DNA of 64,000 bases, from positions 160,001 to 224,000 of the forward strand of contig CAUVXB020000002.1 in the NCBI GenBank assembly GCA_963555825.3, read 5' to 3'. Within the stretch, counting starts at the first letter, position 1, and each line of letters begins with the position of its first letter. This DNA comes from Alphaproteobacteria bacterium. GTDB taxonomy: Bacteria; Pseudomonadota; Alphaproteobacteria; JAAXGF01. The position numbers and the translations under genes are program-made. The notes beneath the pieces were generated by a model, which saw only the letters and a program-made list of their open reading frames with translations, had not been told where the DNA came from and did not search any database. Below, in pieces: positions 46,748-55,474 of the stretch.

Positions 46748-48265
46748 ATGGCACGTGAACGAAGCCGCGGCCGCCGCAAGGCCCCGACCGGGCTCAAGCA
46801 GCTGCCGTGGCGCAACATCACCAACCCCTACGCACCCGTCGAGGTGCTGTCGGAAGAGCAGATCGAGCGCATCCACGACGCCTCGCTCACGGTGCTCGAA
46901 GACATCGGCATGCTGATCCACGGCGCCGAGGCGCGCGACATCCTGGCCAAGGCGGGCGCCGACGTCGACGAGGCGTCGGGCCGCGTGCGCTTCGACCGCG
47001 GGCTGATCATGGAGGCGGTCGCGCAGACGCCGGCCGAGTTCACGCTCTATGCCCGCAACCCGGCGCGCAACGTCCATTTCGGCGCCAACCACATCAACTT
47101 CTCGCCGGTCTCCAGCCCGCCGAATTACTCGGACCTCGAGGGCGGCCGCCGCCCCGGCACCTACGCGGCGTTCTGCGACTTCCTGCGCCTCTCGCATATG
47201 TTCAACATCATGCACTTCATCGGCGGCTATCCGGTCGAGCCGCAGGACCTGCCGGTGCCGACGCGGCATCTCGATGCCTATTACGGTTTCATCACCTTGA
47301 CCGACCGCGCCTGGCGCACCTATGCGCTGAGCCGCGACCGCTCGGTCGACGGTATCGAGATGATGTGCATCGCGCGCGGCGTCGACCGCGCGCAGCTGGC
47401 CCGCGAGCCGGGCGTGCTGACCATGATCAACACCAACTCGCCGCTCGTGCTCGACGGGCCGATGAGCGACGGGCTGATCGAGATGTCGCGCGCCGGCCAG
47501 GCGGTCTCGATCACGCCGTTCACGCTGGCCGGCGCGATGAGCCCGGTGACCATCGCCGGCGCGCTGACCCAGCAGAACGCCGAGGCGCTCGCCGGCCTGG
47601 CGCTCATCCAACTGGTCAACCCCGGCGCCCCGGCGATTTACGGCGGCTTCACATCGAACGTCGATATGAAGTCCGGCGCGCCGGCCTTCGGCACGCCGGA
47701 GTACGCCATCGCGACCTTCGCCGGCGGCCAGCTCGCGCGGCGCTACGCGATTCCCTACCGCTCGTCGAACGTCAACGCGTCGAACGCGGTCGATGCGCAA
47801 GCCGCCTACGAGTCCGGGATGTCGATCTGGTCGGCGGTGATGAGCCACGCGAGCTTCGTCCACCACGGCGCCGGCTGGCTCGAAGGCGGGCTGTGCGCCT
47901 CGTTCGAGAAGATGATCATCGATGTCGAGATGCTGCAGATGATGGCCGAGTTCATGGTGCCGCTCGAGGTCACCGAGGCGACGCTGGGCGTCGAGGCGAT
48001 GGCCGACGTCGGGCCCGGCGGCCACTTCTTCGGCACCCAGCACACGCTCGATCGTTACGAGACCGCGTTCTACGACCCGATCGTCTCGGACTGGCGCAAC
48101 TTCGAGACCTGGGAGGAGACCGGTTCGCTGACCGCCACCGACCGCGCCAACACGATCTACAAGCAGATGCTCGCCGACTACCAGCCGCCGCCGCTCGATG
48201 CCGCGATCGAGGAAGAGCTCACGGCCTACATGACCAAGCGCAAGGCAGCCAACGCCGCGGCGTAG
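46748..48265 (+). CDS. Trimethylamine methyltransferase (MttB) family protein, paralog 2
   Basis: Same motifs as 44355-45884; long shared peptide blocks. Confidence 0.93.
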   Translation: MARERSRGRRKAPTGLKQLPWRNITNPYAPVEVLSEEQIERIHDASLTVLEDIGMLIHGAEARDILAKAGADVDEASGRVRFDRGLIMEAVAQTPAEFTLYARNPARNVHFGANHINFSPVSSPPNYSDLEGGRRPGTYAAFCDFLRLSHMFNIMHFIGGYPVEPQDLPVPTRHLDAYYGFITLTDRAWRTYALSRDRSVDGIEMMCIARGVDRAQLAREPGVLTMINTNSPLVLDGPMSDGLIEMSRAGQAVSITPFTLAGAMSPVTIAGALTQQNAEALAGLALIQLVNPGAPAIYGGFTSNVDMKSGAPAFGTPEYAIATFAGGQLARRYAIPYRSSNVNASNAVDAQAAYESGMSIWSAVMSHASFVHHGAGWLEGGLCASFEKMIIDVEMLQMMAEFMVPLEVTEATLGVEAMADVGPGGHFFGTQHTLDRYETAFYDPIVSDWRNFETWEETGSLTATDRANTIYKQMLADYQPPPLDAAIEEELTAYMTKRKAANAAA

Positions 48266-48334
48266 GCCGGTCGCGCGGATCGCATTGAAGGCGATTCGGG
48301 GAGCTCTTAAACCGGAGTTTGAAGGCTGAGCAAT

Positions 48335-48455
48335 GCCTCAGTTTGACGTCTTGGCGAAGCATCGCTGGAACGTCGTCTTATCAGCGGGTCATGTCTGCGT
48401 TGTGCTCAACGGCGGAGCTTGGCGCCCGGTTATCGGTGGAGTCGCTAGTGACCCT
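48335..48455 (+). repeat. Degenerate ~120-bp intergenic repeat, copy B
   Basis: Similar to 45904-46025 (offset ~2430). Confidence 0.6.
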
Positions 48456-48584
48456 GAGCGGCCATTTATCGGCCTCACGTTTGCTGGATCGTGCTACGAT
48501 ATATGGACTGCAAGTTGGTTTTCTGCGCCTTATGCGGGTGTCAACTAATTATTGTTGGGCCAAATTAGAAGTCAGGAGGAGGCG

Positions 48585-49474
48585 ATGCAGACAAGAGAAG
48601 TCATTAAGGAGATTCGATGGATTCGCAGCCTAGTCTCCACCGAACTAGAGAATTGGATGTTTCATAAGGGTATGAAAGAAGAGCCCGACGTCATCCGCTG
48701 CATCGTAGCTTGCCTATCCGGTTTACACCCACACCCACTAGGGCTAGAATGGGCGCAAACCGGATATAGGGGAGCGCGCCATGGATGTTCTCGACCGCGC
48801 CGATCTCCCATTCCCGCATTCGCCACCTCAACATGGTTCTTGGGCTGTCCACCGATCCTGTCTTGGTTGGGCCGCACCATGCCCGAGCGGAGCTTGTGGA
48901 GAATTTGAAAGGCCGTCTCGTAGCGCGAAAGACCAAGTTGCCGCTGAAACTGCACGGCGGACATGCCGGGCGTCTGACTGGCGACCAGATAAGCGGCCCA
49001 GAACCAGACGTTCAGCGGAGTGTGGCTACGCTCCATCACTGTTCCCACCGTCAGCCCGGTGTTCTGGCGGCACTTGCGGCAGCGCAGGACGCCAGGGCGG
49101 TTTTCAAAGTGGAACGGCTCTCCCGCCGTGCCGCAGTGCGGGCAGGCAAAGCCGTCTCCCCAGCGGGCTTTCTCCAGGTAGGCGGCGCAGGCCGCATCAT
49201 CGGGGAAAAGTCGCTGGAACTCGGGTAGCGAATGCGGGAATGGGAGATCGGCGCGGTCGAGAACATCCATGGCGCGCTCCCCTATATCCGGTTTGCGCCC
49301 ATTCTAGCCCTAGTGGGTGTGGGTGTAAACCGGATAGGCAAGCATCGTAGATGCATCACAATTTGCCGATCGGTTGTCAAGAAATGCCGCCGCTGTACAG
49401 ATCATGCAGGCCTTTGGCCTGGATCAACTTGCAGACCGTGAAACGTTTTATGCGTGGGTCCAAGGGAATACTGG
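48585..49474 (+). pseudogene. Hypothetical gene interrupted by the IS1595 mini-element and truncated by IS21
   Basis: GGAGGAGG RBS; frame continues across the TSD (DVIRCIV|DASQFADRL...WVQGNT) up to the IS21 end. Confidence 0.6.
48709..49342 (-). mobile_element. Non-autonomous IS1595-family derivative with two left ends (634 bp, 8-bp TSD)
   Basis: 115-bp inverted repeats; truncated transposase (CPHCG...C..C zinc ribbon, ending at VEV); TSD CATCGTAG. Confidence 0.9.
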
Positions 49475-49665
49475 TGTCAATGGCGGAGCAAAAAGGGACC
49501 ACCTCGGCGGTGTAAGAAGGGACCGCTTGGCGGCTGCGGGCTTGTCCCCGTAGTCCACGGGAGGGCCCCGCGCGCGACGCGGCGTGCCCTCAACAGGCTG
49601 ACGCGGCGGCGCGCGCGGGAGGGACCTGTGGGCCCACGGGGTCAAGCGTGGGCTGGGTGGTCGGT

Positions 49666-50430
49666 TCAGTTAGCAGTCGGGGTTTGACGCCTGCGGCTCT
49701 GGTTGAGCCTGTAGCTGTCACCGTTCATCTCGAGGATGTTGACGTGGTGGGTGAGGCGATCGAGGAGCGCGCCGGTGAGGCGCTCGGAGCCGAACACCTC
49801 GGTCCATTCGTCGAAGGGCAGATTGGTGGTGACCAGGGTCGAGCCCCGCTCGTAGCGTTGGCTGAACACCTCGAACAACAGCTCGGCGCCGGTCTTCGAC
49901 AGCGGCACGAAGCCGAGTTCGTCGACGATCAGAAGCTTGTAGGTGGCGAGCTTCTTCTGGAACCTCAGCAGCTGCTTGTCATCGCGGGCCTCGATGAGTT
50001 CGTGGACCAGCGCGGCGGCGGTGATGAAGCCGACCGAGAGGCCCTTCTGGCAGGCCGCCAGGCCGAGACCGAGGGCGATGTGGGTCTTGCCGGTCCCACT
50101 GTTGCCGAGCGCGATGAGGTTCTCGCGGCGCTCGATGTACTCGCAGCGGGCCAGCTCCAGGACCAGCGCCTTGTTGAGCGAGGGGATGACCTTGAAGTCG
50201 AAGCTGTCGAGGCTCTTGACCACGGGGAAGCGCGCCGCCTTGATGCGCCGCTCGACCATGCGGCGCTCGCGGTCGATCAGCTCGAGCTCGGCGAGTCTCA
50301 ACAGGTAGCGGACGTGATCGACGCCTTCCGAGGCGCACTGCCGGGCGATCTTGTCGTACTCGCGCAGGAAGGTCGGCAGCTTCAGCGTCTTGAGGTGGTG
50401 GGCGAGCAGCACTTGCGGTGTGTCGGTCAT
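49666..50430 (-). CDS. istB: IstB (copy 2)
   Basis: Identical translation to copy 1. Confidence 0.96.
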   Translation of the reverse strand: MTDTPQVLLAHHLKTLKLPTFLREYDKIARQCASEGVDHVRYLLRLAELELIDRERRMVERRIKAARFPVVKSLDSFDFKVIPSLNKALVLELARCEYIERRENLIALGNSGTGKTHIALGLGLAACQKGLSVGFITAAALVHELIEARDDKQLLRFQKKLATYKLLIVDELGFVPLSKTGAELLFEVFSQRYERGSTLVTTNLPFDEWTEVFGSERLTGALLDRLTHHVNILEMNGDSYRLNQSRRRQTPTAN

Positions 50431-51926
50431 GCGCCGAGCCCCGACAGCAGGCTCATGTACGACTTGGCGGACGTCATCGCGACCCGGGCGCGCGGCAGAT
50501 ACGGATAGACGTCGAGGTTGAGCCTGGGCGGCCGCCGCTCGATGCGGCACAGTACCAGGTGCTTCACCGCATCAAAGCCGATTGCGCCGAGCCGCAGGGC
50601 GTCGCCGACCGCACCCTCGACCTCCTCGAGCCGGAAGGTCTCCAGTAGACGGAGCACCTGGACGTACTCGCGCTTGCCTGCCTTGCCCATACGAGCTTCG
50701 AGGAGCCGCCGCAGAGTGATGAAGGCCTCGGGCAGGTCCCAGCCCGCCAATGGCGCGGCCTGGTCGAGGGCGCCGATCTTCTGCTCGATCAAGGGCAGGT
50801 AATGCAGCGGGTCGAAGATCAGGTCCTCGCTGTCGTAGGACCGGCGGTGCCGGGCGATCACCTCGGCCCCGCAGCTGATCACCACCTCATCGACGTAGCC
50901 CCGGATGAGCACCTCACGGTGGCCGTAGGCCACGGGCACGGAATAGTCGTTGCTGCGGTAACGCACCAGCGACAGCGAACTCGCCCGTCCAGGGCGCTTA
51001 TCGCAGGCATCATAGGGAGCAGGCGGCAATGGCAAGAGAACTTGACGATCCCGCTCGAGACGCTCGCCGATGGTCTCCTTGTGGCCCCGCAGCCGCGCCG
51101 CCTGGCGCCGGCGGCACTGTTCGGCGAGAGCATCGTTGAGGGCCGCGAAGCTCTCGGCACGCGGGACGGGGACCAGGAAGTTCCGCCGGATGAAGCCGAC
51201 CAGTCCCTCGACCTTGCCCTTGTCGTTGCCCTTGCCCGGCCGGCCGAACCTGTCCTCGAACAGATAGTGGGACTGAAGCTCCGTGAAGACGCGCGTTCGC
51301 TGCCGCTTCCCATCGCCCAGGATCCGGGCAACCGCCAGCTTGGTGTTGTCGTACAGGATGGATCGGGGGACGCCGCCGAAGAAGGCAAACGCCGCGTTGT
51401 GGCCATCGCAGAATGCTTCGGTCGTCTCCGCCGGATAGGCCGCAACAAAGCAACCATCACTGTGGGGAAGGTCGAAGGCAAGGAAGTGGATCTTCCGTAA
51501 CGCGCCGCCGATCACCGCCATCGCTTCGCCGAAGTCCGCCTGGGCGTGACCGGGGGAATGGGAGAGTGGCACGAACACCTCACGCGACCGAAGCCCCTGC
51601 TCACGAACGTAGTCCTTCACGATGGTGTAGCCGCCCGTGAAACCGTACTCGTCCCGGAGGCGGTCGAAGATGCGCTTCGCAGTGTGCCGTTGCTTGCGGT
51701 GGCTGGTCCGATCGTCTTCCAAGATCCGATCGATGATTCCCGTGAACGGACCCAGCTTTGGCCGCCTCGGCGGCGCGCTTCGGCGATACCCTGGCGGCAC
51801 CGAGAACGACAGCATCTTACGGACCGTCTTGCGGTCTACACCAAACACCCGCGAGGCCTCGCGGGTGCTCATCCCCTCGACATGACACGCCCGCCGAACC
51901 CGTGCGTACAACTCCACCCGATACAT
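50427..51926 (-). CDS. istA: IstA (copy 2)
   Basis: Identical translation to copy 1. Confidence 0.96.
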   Translation of the reverse strand: MYRVELYARVRRACHVEGMSTREASRVFGVDRKTVRKMLSFSVPPGYRRSAPPRRPKLGPFTGIIDRILEDDRTSHRKQRHTAKRIFDRLRDEYGFTGGYTIVKDYVREQGLRSREVFVPLSHSPGHAQADFGEAMAVIGGALRKIHFLAFDLPHSDGCFVAAYPAETTEAFCDGHNAAFAFFGGVPRSILYDNTKLAVARILGDGKRQRTRVFTELQSHYLFEDRFGRPGKGNDKGKVEGLVGFIRRNFLVPVPRAESFAALNDALAEQCRRRQAARLRGHKETIGERLERDRQVLLPLPPAPYDACDKRPGRASSLSLVRYRSNDYSVPVAYGHREVLIRGYVDEVVISCGAEVIARHRRSYDSEDLIFDPLHYLPLIEQKIGALDQAAPLAGWDLPEAFITLRRLLEARMGKAGKREYVQVLRLLETFRLEEVEGAVGDALRLGAIGFDAVKHLVLCRIERRPPRLNLDVYPYLPRARVAMTSAKSYMSLLSGLGA

Positions 51927-53389
51927 CCCCCCCGCCTTCCAGTCAGAGCAACCCTGACAGAAGGCTATACGCGGTCCCATTTTGGTCCGCCGCAGCCGGA
52001 TCGACCGGCCGCTTCAGTGGGGGATTATTGCTCTGCCGTTCTCATATATAAATCCCATTGTTTGCAAGCCTGATGATACATAGCGCTAAACCCCATGGCT
52101 GCCCGGGCACTGATCCCTGGTCGTATTCGGCGGTTGCAAGGGGGATGGCGGTCGAGCCATCAAACCATCACCAGCGCGATCAATGACGGAACGTTGATTT
52201 CGTCATCGACCTGGGCGACCCGGATTTTGTCCTTGTCGAAGAAAAACAGCGGAAACAGGAACTTGTCCGGCAACACCAGGCCCTGATCGCTTGCCTCGAG
52301 TTCCAGCGTCCGTACTTCCAGGCGATGGTTTCGCAACCGGTCGTTCAGGGCGTCGACGGAAATTTTCATGTCGAAGGCGGGCAGCCCGCCGAAATTCATC
52401 AACACCTCGTCGGTGACGTCGGACAGGAATGTATTGACCACCTGATATGCGGTGTCCATGCCGAGCAACTTGCGCCCGAGCCGGCACACCAGCGTATTGG
52501 TTTCATCGTGTTCGGTGAGCGCCAACATGGTCCCCATCCGCTCCAAGCCGAGCGACAGCAGGAATTCCTCGTCGAGAAAATTTCCGGTCACGGCATCCAG
52601 TCCTGCTTCGCGCGCGGCTGCCAGGTTGTCGTCCTTGTTGTCGACCAGCTTGACCGGCACCCCCCGGGCGGCCAGCAGCTCGGCGATTGTTATGGAGAAC
52701 TCGTGAATCCCAACCAGCAGGAAGCCGTTGCGCGGGGGTGCGTTGACTTTAAGCAGGCCGGCGATCGGCGCGATCGTCAGTCCCTGCAATACGACTGTAA
52801 CCATGATCACCAGGAACACGACGGTTTCGACGGCGTCCGCCTGCGGATAGCCCTTGTCGATCAAGACCTGGGAAAACAACGAAGCCGTGGCCGCGGCGAT
52901 AATGCCCCGCGGGGCGAGCCAGACCAGAAACAGCTTTTCCCGCAGGTTCAACGCCGTACCGATCGTCGTCAGAAACACCGTAAGTGGGCGCGCAATGAAC
53001 AGGATCGAGAGCACGGCGGGCACCATGAGCCAGCCGAAATCACCGAGCTTGGAAAGGTCGATGCGCGACGACAGCAGTATGAACAGGAAGGAGATGACCA
53101 GCGTGGAAAGCTGTTCCTTGAAGTCCCTGATCCGCTCCAGCGACGGGTGCTTGAGCTGTCCCAGCACGAGACCGGCCACCGTCACCGTCACCAAGCCCGA
53201 CTCCGAGGCCAAATGGTTGGCGCCCCAATAGGCCAGCAGGATGATGCCCAAAATCACCAGGTTCAGAAGGTCGTGGGGTACGAGCTTGCGCGTAATGGCG
53301 AAAATCAACACGCGGCCCGTGCCATAACCGATGGCGCCTCCCAGTATCAAGCGACCGAAGAAATAAAGTGCGCCCCGTTGTCCAGACCA

Positions 53390-54277
53390 TTATGCGGCCT
53401 GTTTAAGATAATTTTTGTCTCCTGATTGCTGTTGTTGCGCCTGTGGGGATGTGGGTAAGCCGTCAGGCTTATCCATCATATCCACGGGCCGGTGGCCGCC
53501 TTCGAAATAAACCTCGTCGGGCGTATTGTAATCCAGCGACTGGTGCGGTCTCTGGCTGTTGTAGAAGTCGATGTAGGCGCCGATGCAGCGCCGCGCCTCG
53601 GGCAGGCTCTCATAGACCCGGAGATAGACTTCCTCGTATTTGATCGAGCGCCAGAAGCGCTCAATGAAGATGTTGTCCAGGCAACGCCCTTTGCCGTCCA
53701 TGGAAACCCGAATGCCGCAGTCCTCCAGCGCCGATACCCAGTCCTTGGCCGTGAACTGCGCCCCCTGGTCCGAGTTGACGATGTCCGCAACCCCTTGGGC
53801 AAGCGCATCCTCCAGCGCCTCGAGACAGAACGTCCGGCTCATCGAGTTGGACAGGCGCCAGCCCATGATCCGGCGGCTGTAAACATCGATCAGCGCCACC
53901 AAATAAGCGAAGCCCACCGGCAACTTGATGTAAGTGATGTCCACCTGCCAGACCTGACCGGGGCGGACAATGTCCAGATCCTGCAGAAGATAAGGATGGA
54001 CAACGTGGTCCCGCCCCGGGCGGCTGGTCTTGGGCGTGGCGTACAACGCCGCGATCCCCATCGCCTTCATCAGGCGGCGCACCCGCTTGTGGTTGACGAC
54101 ATGGCCGGCGCGGCGCAAGACCTCGGCGATCTTGCGGTAGCCGTAGAACGGACGGGCCTCCCAGATGTCCCGGATGCGGTTCATCATGTCGACCTCGTCA
54201 TCCGTCCCGGAACGCCGCCGGTAGTACACCGTGCTGCGGTTGATATCCAAAAGGGCGCATTGGCGGCGCAGGCTCAA
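53390..54277 (-). CDS. IS3 OrfB (probably reached by -1 frameshift)
   Basis: WQVDITYI, NSDQGAQF, DNIFIERFWRSIKYE. Confidence 0.92.
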   Translation of the reverse strand: MSLRRQCALLDINRSTVYYRRRSGTDDEVDMMNRIRDIWEARPFYGYRKIAEVLRRAGHVVNHKRVRRLMKAMGIAALYATPKTSRPGRDHVVHPYLLQDLDIVRPGQVWQVDITYIKLPVGFAYLVALIDVYSRRIMGWRLSNSMSRTFCLEALEDALAQGVADIVNSDQGAQFTAKDWVSALEDCGIRVSMDGKGRCLDNIFIERFWRSIKYEEVYLRVYESLPEARRCIGAYIDFYNSQRPHQSLDYNTPDEVYFEGGHRPVDMMDKPDGLPTSPQAQQQQSGDKNYLKQAA

Positions 54278-54321
54278 GTCGCCACCTTCGCGCCGGAGAA
54301 GTGCTTTTCTTTTGTCACGGC

Positions 54322-54606
54322 TCAGCTCTCCAATGCTTTTTTTAAGAAGTCGCGCTCCATCGTCAACTCGCCGATCTTCTCATGCAACTTGGCGATGGTC
54401 CGCTCATCCGCCGTCCCCGACCGGCGGCGCTTGTCGGCGAAAAGGCTCTTGCCCCCACATTCCAACTGGTCACGCCACTTCTGGATCGCGCCAACCGAAA
54501 CCGCATACTCCCGGCTCAGCTCCCCAAGCGTCCGGTCTCCCTTCAACGCCGCCAGCGCCACCTTGAATTTGAAACCTTCGCCATGCGTCTTGCGAACCCT
54601 CGTCAT
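54322..54606 (-). CDS. IS3 OrfA
   Basis: FKFKVALAAL HTH; LHEKIGELTMERDFLKK. Confidence 0.92.
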   Translation of the reverse strand: MTRVRKTHGEGFKFKVALAALKGDRTLGELSREYAVSVGAIQKWRDQLECGGKSLFADKRRRSGTADERTIAKLHEKIGELTMERDFLKKALES

Positions 54607-55474
54607 CCTTCAATCCTTCCCCGAAAGAAGGAGACAGACTTATCTTAAACCGTGGTCCGAAAAACGGGGCGCAGCATAAAATGTCCCGCCGTCGTCAGAT
54701 TTAGATCGCTGCCGGAAACGACGAACTGCAGCGTCACCACCATGAGGATCGCGCCAATGGCATCGACGATGATCGCTTCCCACGTCAGCACGTCATGGAG
54801 CTTCTTCTGGCGCGCGCGCGCGCCAGAAGGGGCCCGACAACCGTCGGACCCGACACGATCAGGATCGCTCCGATCAACATTGCCACGCCGAGATTGAGAT
54901 CCAGGATGACATGCAGGCAGACGCTAACCACGGCCATGGTGATGAAGGGGCCACCGATGATGATGCCCAAAATTGCCTTGGGCGCGGCCTTGAGATCGGG
55001 AATGTGGAGGGTCATTCCGCCCTCGAACAGAATGATCGCAACGCCGAGCGAGATGGCCGCCGATGTGATTTCGGGAATCTCGTGCGTGCGCAGGACATGC
55101 AGTACCTGAGGTCCCGCCACGATGCCGAAAAGCATGAGAAATATGATGCTGGGGAGCCGCAGTTTCTGGGATAGGACCTGCGCGGCCACGCCAAGAAATA
55201 TGGCGAGAGCTATGGTCTGTAGGATGTGTTCGCTTTCCATTTGACTCTCGCCACAGCTTGACCACGGCGGCCGATTGAAGTCCCCCGCGTCGTTTGAAAG
55301 AAGACCCGGGGTATGCAAAAACCTGGGGTCAATGGTACCGTCAACTTAAGCCATCACAACCCGGCACAACCAGATAATATCGAAGGACGAGGATCGATCG
55401 GCGTAGAGTGGCGATGGCCGCCGCGAAACTGTGGGGACTTTTCGGGCGCGCGCTTTCCGATTGATGGGGGACAG

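Larger units (their letters stand above)
49475..52044 (-). mobile_element. IS21 family element, copy 2 (no TSD)
   Basis: Direct repeat of 16322-18891 (offset 33153). Confidence 0.95.
53364..54678 (-). mobile_element. IS3 family element with TA...TA ends (3-bp TSD AAA)
   Basis: IRs TAAAGTGCGCCCCGTT / TATGCTGCGCCCCGTT; slippery A7G at 54337-54344. Confidence 0.9.
52160..55240 (-). pseudogene. CPA1/NhaP-type cation:proton antiporter with C-terminal RCK/TrkA-N domain; IS-interrupted and frameshifted
   Basis: ILFEGG, SGPTVVGP, WEAIIVDAIG, APRGIIAAA, RCK-like tail; IS at 53364-54678; frameshift at 54811-54822. Confidence 0.9.

Noticed and set aside
48333-48548. 71-aa ORF
   Set aside because: Coincides with the degenerate non-coding repeat and has no recognisable motif
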